Assembly (NCBI RefSeq): GCF_041146345.1
Contig: NW_027191413.1
Coordinates: 2,852,001 to 2,916,000 of the forward strand
DNA: 64,000 bases
Direction: 5' to 3'
DNA from: Neodothiora populina
Taxonomy: Eukaryota
Shown: positions 38,213 to 49,174 of the stretch, in pieces
How the letters are laid out: each line of letters opens with the position of its first letter
Position numbering within the stretch: the stretch's first letter is position 1
Position numbers and translations under genes: made by a program
The notes under the pieces: model-generated
Databases searched by the model: none
Seen by the model: only the letters and a program-made list of their open reading frames with translations
What the model was told of the DNA's origin: nothing

Positions 38213-39871
38213 ATGGCCTACGACGAGGAAAAAGGCTATAACCATGGCCAGCCTGAGGTTGCGCCAACGTACGATGCTGGCTTGAACAATGATACCAAGG
38301 CAGCTGATCAATCGGCATTCGATGCTGGTTCTGACAACAGCGCTGGTGTCTATGATGAAAAGGCGTCTACTGGCGTCCTTGGAAAGTTGCGATCTTTTGA
38401 GTTGACGCTCGATCGCAAACTCGGTATTGAGTCACATGCCGTCAACCGAGTCCTGCCAGAAGAGAAGTTCCCACAGCCATGGCATCAGCAGGCTACCATG
38501 GCCCTGCTCTGGGCAGGTGGTACCATGAACATTTCTTGCATGTCTACTGGCTTCTTGGGTTGGAAGTTTGGTCTCGACCTGAGCCAGAGTATCGCCATCA
38601 CGGTCATGGGTACTCTTCTTGGTGCGATGGTCTCTGGATGGTATCTTCATGTCCATGTATGATCAATCTTCGAGTCTTTTGTTAATCTTCTTATCAGGTG
38701 TGCCACCCTTGGCCCAAGCACTGGTCTCAGACAAATGTCTATCGCCCGTTACAGTTTTGGATGGTATCCTACAAAGATTGTAGCCGCCTTGAACGTCATC
38801 TCCCAAATCGGATGGAGTAGTGTCGGCTGCATCACTGGTGGTTCTGCTCTTTCTGCTGTGTCTGATGGCCGAGTAAGCTCAATCCTCGGAATCGTCATTA
38901 TTGCCGTGGGCAGTTCCATCGTCAACCTTTTCGGTCTCCGAGCAATCCTTTACTACGAGAAGTATGCTTGGGCTGTCTTTTTCATTGTGTTCATGGTCAT
39001 GTACGGGGAGATGGCGCCCAAGGCAGACATCATGACCAAAACCGAGCTCAAGGGCGCCGATCTGAGCGGACAAGTCCTTTCTCTGCTCGCCGTTGTGTAC
39101 GGGTCCAGCGTCTCCTGGTGTTCTATCGCCGCAGATTACTACGTCCAGTACCCTGTCACCACTTCCAAGGTCAAGGTGTTTACCCTCACGACTTTCGGTA
39201 TCACCATTTCCACGTGCATTGGCATGGTTCTTGGTTGCTGTATTGGATCCGCGCTTGGCACTCACCCCGAGCTTGCCGATGTCTATAGAGACGAGGGTGT
39301 CGGTTTCCTCATCCAGAAGATGATGTTCCCCCGCGGTTTCGCCAAGTTTATTCTTGTCATTCTCGTCCTTGCAGGTATCGGCATGAACTGCATCAACCTG
39401 TACTCTTGCGCGCTTTCGGTGCAGCAGTTCGCGCGTCCTCTTGCTCGCATTCCTCGCTTCATCTGGACCATTGTGCTGTTCGGCGTCGTGGTTGGAATCG
39501 GTGCCGGTGGTCGCGATCACCTAAGCGAATATCTCGAGAACTTCCTCTCACTGCTCGGCTACTGGGGAACCTCGTTCTTCGCAATCCTCTGGATCGAGCA
39601 CTACGTCTTCCGCAAGGGAAAGACGGAGAATTACGACCTCGACGGCTGGAACGATCCCAAGCGCCTACCCCACGGTCTTGCTGCGCTGGTCGCTTTCTTG
39701 GTCGGTGTCGTGGGCTGGTGCATGGGAATGGTCGAGACGTGGTTCACTGGACCCATTGGCGCGCTGATCGGCAGCGGAGGCGGTGATATCGCCAACGAAC
39801 TCACACTTGGATTCACTATTATCTTGTACCTGCCACTGAGATGGTTGGAGCTCAAGTATATTGGAAAGTAA
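38213..39871 (+). CDS. NCS1-family purine-cytosine/pyridoxine permease (Fcy2/Tpn1-like), 2 exons
   Basis: About 12 hydrophobic segments. Intron 38641-38697 gives GW/CATLGPSTGLRQMSIARYSFGW. Further motifs are GWSSVGCITGG, SWCSIAADYYV, NLYSCALSVQ and LENFLSLLGYW. Confidence 0.92.
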
Positions 39872-40123
39872 GGTACGAGCAAAAGGTGTTCACGAGCAGA
39901 ACGAAAGTGCCTTTTGGAGTGGTTTTTGTTGGATTTGGAGAACAATATGATAAAATATGACATACTGGTATAGTGTAATGACATGACATGCACGGCGAAT
40001 GAACATACGCTGATAAAACAAAAACTCTTTCCTCTATCCGATGGGAATGCTCGTGTGAAATAGCAATTGAAGATGACGCAGTAGACAATGCCTCGCTCGC
40101 TCAATCGATATACCAATCTGCCC

Positions 40124-41826
40124 CTAGCCAGAATCATCACCACCATCCAACATCTTCCGAATCGCCCCAATCTTATCCTCAATAACCTGCGCACTATCCG
40201 CCTCCTCAGCAAGACTGACCCTAAGACTCAACGCCGCCTCAGCAACATTAATGCTCGCCGTCTTGGCCGTCGTAGCCTCAACAACCACATCCATAGCGGC
40301 CGCGTACCTGTCCCAAAACTCGGTCGTCTGGTTCATGTAATTCGTCTGCTCGAGCGGCAGCGTCCAGATATGCGAGTAGTGCTTGGCGGCCTCGACGGTA
40401 TCTCCCCACGCGCGCGTGCGGTTCTGGAATTCCGCCGCAGAGAGGGTAGACGAGGCGTTCAGCGAGCCGTACTGCAGCACCCATTCTTTCTCGATCAGAT
40501 CCATCCAGTCGCTCATGAGGGCCGAGCGCACGTCCCTTGCGGTGCCGGGACAATGAACCAACATGTCGCCTCTGCGACCCTCGTAGAAATGCCGCATCGC
40601 GAGCCCCGGGTAGTCAACTACGAGCTCGTCGAAGTGCGCCGCGCGGAAGTCTTCGCCTCCCATGGCCATTTCGTACGTGTTGAACCAGGTCCGCGGCATG
40701 TAGACCACGCCGCTTTTCCAGCCGAGGTCGCGGTGGCCGCCGGAGGGTCGCGCGAAGGTCAGGCGCATGCCTTCCTGCTCGACGTTGCCACCGAGGTCGA
40801 TCTCGGAGTGGCAGAGGGGAAAGGACATTGCTGAGGTCAGCATGGAGACTGACCAGGGGTGGACTCGGAGGAAGAAGACGCCGTTGTTCAGGCCGTTCCA
40901 GTCGCGTGTGCCAACGAAGTGCACGTGGGGGATGCTGGGTGGTGGGAGGAAGATGGAGAGTGGGATGTTGGGGTTGAGGATTATCGAGTCGGCGTCGGAC
41001 CACCTGGGGTGTTTTTAGTCTACATGTTCTGGCTGTGGTTCTGAGGGTTGATTCTGGGAGACGGGGAATGAAAATGGGAGAAGACTCACATCAGCCACTC
41101 GGCTCTCTCGTCGACGTCCTTTTGTAGTTCCAACCCAAGTACAGACATGAGATAGACGAGTTTCGTCCAGAAGCCACAACCCTCGTCTTTGCGCAAAGCA
41201 TAGAACTCGTAACCCCATCTCTGTGCGTGACGACGTTGGGACTCCAAAGCGCGCTCATATGCTTCATTGGGCTCGCCGAACAGCATCGATACTTTTGCTA
41301 TCCGGTTGTAGGCTGGGTTAGGGGGCGCGATGAGAGACAAGGACGAATGAGCGGAAGTGGTGGAGGAAGAGGATGAATATGCAGAAAAGGCGAGCTTGAA
41401 GATGGTCATGCATATCAGAAGGACTATGACTGCTGTAAAAATGCTACTTGTGCGCTGGATTTGGATTCAGTGTCCATCTGAGCGACGTGGGGGACTACCA
41501 GACTTACTGCAGATAGTCAGTATTGCTCACGCAAAAAGACTGCGCTAGTAAGTGACGATCTCACCTCTTGGTCTTCTGATTCCAGCAGCCCATCCTCTCA
41601 TCCAGTCAGCCCATGTGACTGCATATCGCTGGACATACGCCCGATAGCCAGGACGATGTTCGTTTTCGTGGTCGTAATTTCTATCGTGCTGGACAAGTTC
41701 GTGGGTAGTGTTTGTTCTATCCGTTTCAGCCTTGCTCGCTGTGTTCACGGCAGCCTCATCTGCACTCCCGTAAAGAGTGCCGGAGTTTTCTTCCGTCGGA
41801 ACAGCTTGATATCGTGGTCCTGCCAT
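40124..41826 (-). CDS. Glycosyltransferase family 34 (Mnn10/Gma12-like) type II membrane protein
   Basis: Motifs AKVSMLFG...YERAL...HAQRWGY, WTKLVYL, EWLMWSDADSIILNP (DxD), DWNGLNNGVFFLRV, EQEGM, PRTWFNTY and GDMLVHCPG. Exons are 41826-41566, 41454-41090 and 41003-40124. The first intervening sequence appears to be a twin intron. Confidence 0.88.
41455..41565 (-). other. Candidate [D1,2] spliceosomal twin intron (stwintron)
   Basis: Minus strand reads AGA | G [GTGAGA...ACTGAC...CTGCAG] TAAGTC...ACTGAA...ATCCAG | CGC. Removing the 58-nt internal intron (41564-41507) creates the donor GTAAGT of a 53-nt external intron, and removing that restores the frame. Confidence 0.7.
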
Positions 41827-43369
41827 CGAGGATCATTTGATCAATGAGAGATTGGCTTCCAGATAGCAAGACTAGATGAATGGAGACGAGGAAAATATGG
41901 CAGAAGATACATGCAAGACTGGACATGTAAATCCTGATGGACGGAAGCTCTACCCTTTGCCAGGATAGAAACCACAGGGGCCATTCTCGAGCGGTGAACC
42001 GGCGTAGGAGACACAACTCAAGATCGCGTGCAAGCCCAAGCTGGAATGGAAACCAATACTTGAGACATACTGTTGATGATCCCTTGCATATCGTAACGTT
42101 TCTATATCGGATGGATGAGAAGATATGGTCTGCAGGATATAACGAGGAATGCATGTAGCCAAAGGTAGCTATACGACACAGGGGAAAAGTCTCATCAGTC
42201 AACCATTTTAGGAAGATACCAGTGGGAACAGTCGACCGTCAATAATGCAAGACAGGCTCCAACATCTGCCGGTCTCTAGACGTGAGTGCAACATGTGCGG
42301 TATCACGGAAACAGAGAATATAGCATTGCCAGCGCCATCGGACGAGATGCGTGTCGATCCTTGATCTTGCCCATGGGATGTCTTGCCCTCTCCTGCAAGG
42401 ACTTTGTGATTAAGGGTGCAAGATATCGTATTGCCATCAGAAAGGTAGAGGAGCCCAAACGAGCTATAGGTAACTGGTAGTGTTTTGTAGTACTCGTGTC
42501 AAGCCATATGAGCCCGACGCAAGAAGCTTCATTCCTTATTGATCCGCAAATCGCGCAATACGCAACTTGTTTCCCTCGGCGAGGAAGTGAATACCCAACG
42601 CTATAGTGTGAAGGATGTGGTGTTGCAGCAACACGAAATGAGGAATGCAAATCTTACCCAAGGAATGCGCAAATGCTCCTCACCCACCGACTCCTCACTT
42701 CCCGAATCCCTCGCTTCAGCCCCACACACAAAACTCACCCCTTTACCTCTCCCTCGAGTGGTGTGGAGCGGGCGTGATATCCAACACGGCATGGCCCTCG
42801 TGGTCGCACCCTGGAGAGAACCTCAGACTACAGTATCCAGGGACGACAGAGAGGGGGAGAGAAGCATCTCAGGCACATACACAAGCGTACTTCCTCGCCT
42901 TGCCTCTATCTCCGCTATTTACTCAATAGCATATATCCTTCTGCATATCTCCACGAGGATATATACCCTATAGCTATAATTTGAGATCCTCGAGCAGGCC
43001 GACCTAGTCAGTTTCTTGGACTGGAGACACGGTGTGCTCCACAGTGCCAGCGATGTCGTCGCTTTGCCAGGCCATGATTGGCGGTAGTATGCTGACGATT
43101 GTTGTCCAGGTTTGCAAGCTAGTAGCAGTAAGGGACACTCTGTCGAACGCACGCGTGGAATAATTGACGAAGGAAGGCGCGGGAATTGGCAACAGGCTCT
43201 TCACTTGATTGAGTAAGCTCAATTGGAAATTAGTATGGTGAACTCATAGTAACATGAAACACACCACAACAACCAGCAAAAGAGCCAACCACAACCATCT
43301 GGATGCAGAAAAAGGGTAATTGATACAGAAGAAAAGAAAGACAAAAAAGAAATAGTCACAAGATGTCAA

Positions 43370-43462
43370 GGCTCCAACCGCGATTCGAACGCGGGACCTC
43401 ACGCAATTAGTGAACTCAGGGTGCAGCCCTAAGCGTGAATCATACCCCTAGACCATCGGAGC
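43370..43462 (-). tRNA. tRNA-Pro (anticodon AGG) with a 21-nt intron at 43426-43406
   Basis: Acceptor stem GCTCCGA/TTGGAGC, A-box TGGTCTAGGGG, anticodon arm CACGC-TTAGGG[intron]T-GCGTG and T-loop GTTCGAATC. The mature length is 72 nt and a T-run terminator lies downstream. Confidence 0.95.
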
Positions 43463-43808
43463 TTTGTGATTTGTGCTGTTGTGATGATGTAAGTCGATGG
43501 CTTCACTATAATTATCCTCTCGGACAGGAGAGAAGTGCTTTTTGCAGCGCTGGAATTGGTGGATCGTTAGTGAAATGTAGGTTTGGGATATATTGGTAGA
43601 ATGAACAGAAAGTGTTGAATTGTAATATTCACATCGGTATATATTGTACATGATTCTTTTCCGGAAGAGGTGGAGTGAAGAGAAAAACAAAATCTGGTTC
43701 CTGCTCTCTTCACCCTGGACAGTATGCCTACTGTGTTGTCGCAGACGCCGCGGGAAACATGGAAAGGAAAAGGGCCATCGACAATCGAAAAGTATGCAAT
43801 CGCACCAA

Positions 43809-45445
43809 CTACTTGTTCTGGTCGTCCTTGTTGTTGTGCAGCTTCTTCCACCTCTGCTCGTACAAGTCGGCTTGTCTCAAAAACTCTTTGCTGCGAGTCT
43901 TGCTCTCCTTCTTTGCGGTGCTTCCGTTGAGCTGGGCGGCCTTTGCGACGGTGTTGTCCCTGAAAGTCTTGATGCCGTCACCGACGGTGTTCATGTTCTT
44001 GTAGAAAGCATCGACCATTCCTCCGATCCTGTCTTTCTCTTCCTGTGTAGGGAGGTTGGCGTTGTTGGCGCGGCCGCCTACAGTCTTGATGTTGGGGGCC
44101 TGGTAGCGCAGGCTTGCTCTTGCTTGAATGCTTTGGGCGTAGGGACGCGATGTTCCCTTCACGTCAATGGTGTTTGATGTCGTCGTGTCCTTGTGGTGAG
44201 GGTGAGGGCTTCTCGGGTCGGAAGGGACCAGAGGAGACATACCCAAAGCCTTGCGGACGGCGGGGTTTCTGAAGGTGGTGACTTGAGCGATACCAGAGAT
44301 ACCGGTGGTGGCGAGCCATAAATCAAGGTTGGCGGGCATCCATAGAGTAGAAATGAAGATGACACAAGGCATGACGTAAAGCATCAGCGGCTTCATTGCA
44401 GGGTTGGTCATGGGAGCACCTGACTCGCCGCCAAATCTGAAGACGGTGTGCATACTAAGAGCCATGACAGCAGGAAGCAGCATGTAAGGATCAGATTGGG
44501 TCAAATCGGTAAACCACAAAGCACCGCCGGTCTCGAGACCGGGGACGGGAAGGTTGGCCATGGCGCGCATCAGTCTGAAAGCACAGAAACCAAAGACACC
44601 CTGAATGAGGGCTGGGGTCAACATGGCCGAAGTGCTGATTCCGGCTTGCTTGTTGATAGCCTGTAGCTGAGCCCTGTAGCGTGCCATGCCGTCGTTGTCG
44701 CCAGCCTTCATGGCCTCCATCATCTTGGTGGAGAGAGGCTTGGTGACCGGTAGCATTGCAGCCTGTCGTGCGCCAATGTCGGACGATTTCTTGAACAGCG
44801 GCAGCAGACATAGACGGAAACAGACGGCAGTCGCGATGATGGAACCCCACCAAGGCATGCCCGAGTAGACGTGAATGTGTTCCAATGCCCACTCGATCAT
44901 CGCGGTCGGGCCCCAGCCATAATCCAGTCCAATCTCTTTCAGGTAGCCAATCTGCTCGGGGATGCCGGTAAGGTAGGTGTCGCTAATGCCTGAGATGTCG
45001 AATGAAGACGTGGCTTCCGCCGCCGTGTTATCGAGAGGTCCTGGTATTGAAGTCGCCGTGGCATCGCTACCGGTCGCGGGAGTCGCAGTCGCTGCGGCTG
45101 GCGCAGCAGTCGATGCTGTCGAGGCTAGACGGGACTGAGCGGCGACAAAGGTCATGGCAGAAGCCCCAGCGATGCGGCTTGATCGCCATGATGATAGTGA
45201 TGATGATCTGCTGGACGAGTTGTGTAGAAGAGAAGAAGAGAAGGCGACAGGCTGGCGGATGGGTGTCGTGACGTTCCTCGAGGAAGGAGCGGTGGAAATC
45301 TTTACCAGACGCATCAGTGGCTGCTGTCTGTATATGGAAGGGACAGAAATGGGAATGCAGAGAGACTCACAAATCTCCGGTTTATTCTGGCGGCCTGGCG
45401 TGAGGCGCCAGCTGCCGACACGAGACCTCTACTCGGCATCATCAT
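43809..45445 (-). CDS. OXA1: Mitochondrial inner-membrane insertase Oxa1 (YidC family), 2 exons
   Basis: Arg/Ser-rich presequence MMMPSRGL..., with an intron at 45370-45300 (an alternative in-frame acceptor lies 21 nt earlier). Motifs IGYLKEIGLDYGWGPT, HVYSGMPWWGSI, RAMANLPVPGLETGGALWFTDLTQSDPY and a basic C-terminal tail. Confidence 0.95.
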
Positions 45446-45857
45446 TGCTGCTGCTGCTACTGCTGCTACTGCTTCTGTTGCTGCTACAGTTCTGCTTCAC
45501 AATGTCGTCTCCGTCGTTCAGTTAAATCATCATTCCGGACATCTTTTCGATTCAATGCACCAAAGATTCAAAGTCACCGTCTCCGCAATTCTTGGCATTT
45601 CTCGGGCTTTATCCGGGCTGATCATCTCCTCTACTACCATTTATTCATCCCCTCAAGATACCTAAGGTGCTTGGAGGATAAAAGTTGCCATACAGTACCG
45701 CAGTCTGTAGTGTAAGTCTTTGGTTTACTCTTACAAGGCATTCTAAGCGAAGTCTTGGTGATTGAAAAATAATTGACAAAATGCAAGACACATCGAAGTG
45801 AGGCAATCCATAGGAGCCGAACTACCGTCTGCCAACAACACCCTGGTTAAACCAAAA

Positions 45858-47947
45858 TCAACCCCATATCGCATCTTTGCCTCTGCCACTGCCGTGCACA
45901 GTAGGAGGCGTGAGTACAGTGTAACTCCAACTCTCCTGACCGTCCACAAAGAGACGATAGTGCAGCATAGATTGGTCTGATGCTGTTGGTGTGCTGATCG
46001 TCAAGGCTCCGAATTTGGAGTTGCCGTCAGGAACATACCTGCACTCCATGTTAGCGCGTAGTTGTAAAATCAATGATCTGTGTCAGACTCACTTAATGCA
46101 GACGTCCTCCTCATCTTCTTGCCTATATGTGCGCACCGGTAGATAAAACATGCTCAGAGGCGATGTGCTAAACTCATGCACCGTTGCACTCAGCGGCCAC
46201 TTCTTCGTCTTGAGACCACCTTTTACCATGTCCAGCCCCTCTACCTTCCCTTCCGCCGGGGGAGGGAAAGATGTGGCAGCAAACTCGTGTCTGTCGCCAC
46301 TGAGCACAACAACACCAATGCCACCTCGAAGTCCCACATCCCACATGGCTTCAAGAATGATCTGTCTTTCACCCAAGTAGCCAGCCCATGTATCCTCGCT
46401 GCCAAATCTCCAGTTTTTGGTGAATGGAATACTCGTCAAGAGCACTTTCCATCGCACTCCTTGTGGTTCCGGAGCAGACAGCCAGGCGAGTAGGTCCTTC
46501 AGCTGCTCTGGGCCAAGCATGCTCTTCTTGTAGCTGCTCTCGTTGTAATGCCCGTCTGTTCCGTCAAAGGAATCACGGTATGACCTTGTGTCAATCATGA
46601 AAAATGAAGCTGGTCCTTGAACAAACGAAAAGTATGTAGCTCCAGACCTCACCGCAGGAGGGTTGACAGAAACGTGGTAGCTCTGAAAAGCATCAATCGC
46701 TCCTTGGTAAACGCCGGTCGTGTTCTTGTCCCAGTCGTTGCTGATCTCGTGGTCATCCCAGACATGAATCCATGGCAATTCGGCTCCCGCTTCTGAGCTG
46801 ACAGATGGCCAGTCCGGGGATGCGTACACCTGTCGGTATTCTCTTCTGTAGGATTCTTTGTCGTCACCAAATCGGCGAGGGACATCAATGTAGATAAAGT
46901 CGCCCAAGAATATCATGAACTGAGCTCCAAGGCTTGGCAATAACTTGGCCAGGTACTTTAGGCCGGGAAATTCCAGCGGATGTTGAAACGGGTTGTACGG
47001 AACACGGGGTTTTATGCATGACGAGTGAAGAAAGGTGAACGTATTGTCATGTCGCGATGATACATGTCCCGGTTTCGGCGCCGTCAGGAAATACCCAGAG
47101 CGATTGTTGGATGCCGCGTACTGATAGCGAGTATCAGGCTTGAGTCCATCGATGGTGAAAGTGCCGGTAAAGTCTGTGCTGTTATCCAGCCATGGGATCG
47201 AACCCGCAGACTTCCAAGAGCTGTCTTGAGCCTTGTATCCACTGTAAATATCGAGTGGGCGGTCCGCAAAGCGATAGCTCATAAATAAGGGATACTGCGA
47301 CGGGCGCGGCTCTCGTATCAGAAGCTTCGCTCCGTGGTCTGACACGTATCCAACACGTGCCATGGACAGGTTGTGATTCTGATGCAGGTAAGGCGCTCTA
47401 TACAGCAGATCTGCAGCCATTGCCACCAATGCAATGTTGATAAGAAACGTGATTGCAGACCAAAACATAGAGGTGGGACTGGGTAACCCCAATAGAAGCG
47501 TCGATAGAACATTTGCGTCTTTTTCTTCTACCACAATGGTTTCTTGCACGTCGAGCTCTTCAACTGGCTCACCCGGCTCGACAAGCTCAGCAACCTCATC
47601 GTCGGAAATATCGCGATCGGTGATTTCTCTTGTGATGACGTCAATTTCATCAGAAACCACTGTGTATGGACTAGTTTGCATAAGCTTGTAGAAGAAAGAA
47701 GTCACATAGACCAGCAAGGCTGTGAAAATAACTGGAGGTGCCGCCTATATATGTTGTGTGTTAGCTCTATCGATACTCCCTCACTTCTGTTGGAGACTGA
47801 CAGAACCAGGGATCTAGATTACAGCAAATTAGCCTCATTCATTGATATTGGATGTATATCTTGACTGACCCATCTCAGGAAGACATAAGTAGCGACTCGT
47901 AGCACCGTCGACGATAGTCCGGTAGCAATACCGGCGGGGGTCGGCAT
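45858..47947 (-). CDS. PhoD-like alkaline phosphatase with N-terminal membrane segments, 4 exons
   Basis: Motifs FLHSSC, FLGDFIYID, VWDDHEISNDW, MIDTRSYR, MLGPEQL, DTWAGY and LSGDRHE. Exons are 47947-47870, 47813-47802 (12 nt), 47744-46093 and 46038-45858. Confidence 0.92.
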
Positions 47948-49174
47948 CTTGTCAAATTGTTTATTTGGATATAGCGCGCAGTATCACGGCTGTTGCATTC
48001 TCTATTATCGAGTGTCTTTGCTTGAACAAACTTTGCTTGAACAAAGAGCAAGGACAGACAGCGCCACTTGTAAACAGGATGCAAGAGAACAACAGCTATC
48101 ATAGCTCCATCACGTCGCGTCAGCTAATCCGCGTTTCATGTGATGACCGGAACGGTATCGAGTGACGTCAGAGCGTAGAAGGGGAGAGTTGGAGGTATTG
48201 CCAAGACCCGGTTTCCGTGAGGGGTCTTTTCCTCTTCTCCAACCACCTTCTTGTAATTACCTAAGAGAAGCTAGGCACCTATGATGGTCCGGACTTTGAT
48301 ACTCATAGCTGCTGTGTCGCCAGTCTATGTTGCCCTGGTACATTTCCTTCCTCCGTCAGTCCAGCATAGGATATAAACATGTATAATTATTGGTTGCCCA
48401 CGTACGGCCACAGGCAGCTGAGAACTGGGCATCCCGTCCGCTCTGCCAGACATAAGCAGTTGACCGGCTGATTAGTACTACGGTGGGTGACCACGTGGGA
48501 ATCCCAGCTGCTGTACGTTTTCTTTTTGTTGTTACTCACTGATCCAGTGCACTGCTCATTTTTACTTTTCGAGACGATGTTGTTGGAGGGTCTGGTACGA
48601 GACGACTACTTTTGCAAAGCTCGAAGTGGTCTGTGAAGCAAGCTGTGCCTCTAACCTTGTTTCTTGCTCTATCCCTTTTTATGTCCTACTTGGGATGTGG
48701 ATAGGAAGCCGTGTTCGTGAAATACACCTTCATAGAGCAATGAGCGCAGAGACTGTAGTGACATTGTAGAAAGACATGCATACAAATGGAAGGCCGTGGT
48801 CGGATAAACTCTTGTATGAGTATAGCGCGGACACCCACTGCAATATCGGGACCCCGTCCTTCATCAGTCAACGGCCATAATACCTAGAAACACGACTTCT
48901 TGTGTAGAAGAGCACAGACGCTTCTAGTGGTAGGTACTGTACCTTTAGTCCTGTGGCCGAACTCAGGCAACTCTTCATGACCTCTTTTTCTTTACGTGCT
49001 CCAATCATACACATTATGTATCACGTTTCATCGCGTGGACACTCTCTTCATCGCTCTCTCCTATACGCAATCTGATGCAATTGAAACTCATTCTACCGGA
49101 CTTGATCTACTTATCAAGAGCAACTGCTTGACATCAATTACGATAGATCAACTTCGTGCCAATTTACTGCAGCC

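Noticed and set aside
38879..40834. Antisense ORFs of 190-250 aa over the NCS1 and GT34 genes
   Set aside because: Same GC3 shadow effect; the opposite strands carry clear family motifs.
31941..41826. GT25, GNAT, NCS1 permease and GT34 as a possible biosynthetic cluster
   Set aside because: There is no backbone enzyme or regulator, the spacers are long and the likely functions are unrelated. Nothing in the sequence links them.
46030..46092. AG|GTATGT at the last PhoD acceptor, resembling a recursive or twin splice site
   Set aside because: The downstream bases read as a sensible in-frame continuation (KYVPDGNSKFG) to the stop, so a second excision is not needed.
48410..48500. GCTGAGA motif suggesting a TPP riboswitch
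   Set aside because: The rest of the aptamer consensus is missing and no thiamine gene is adjacent.
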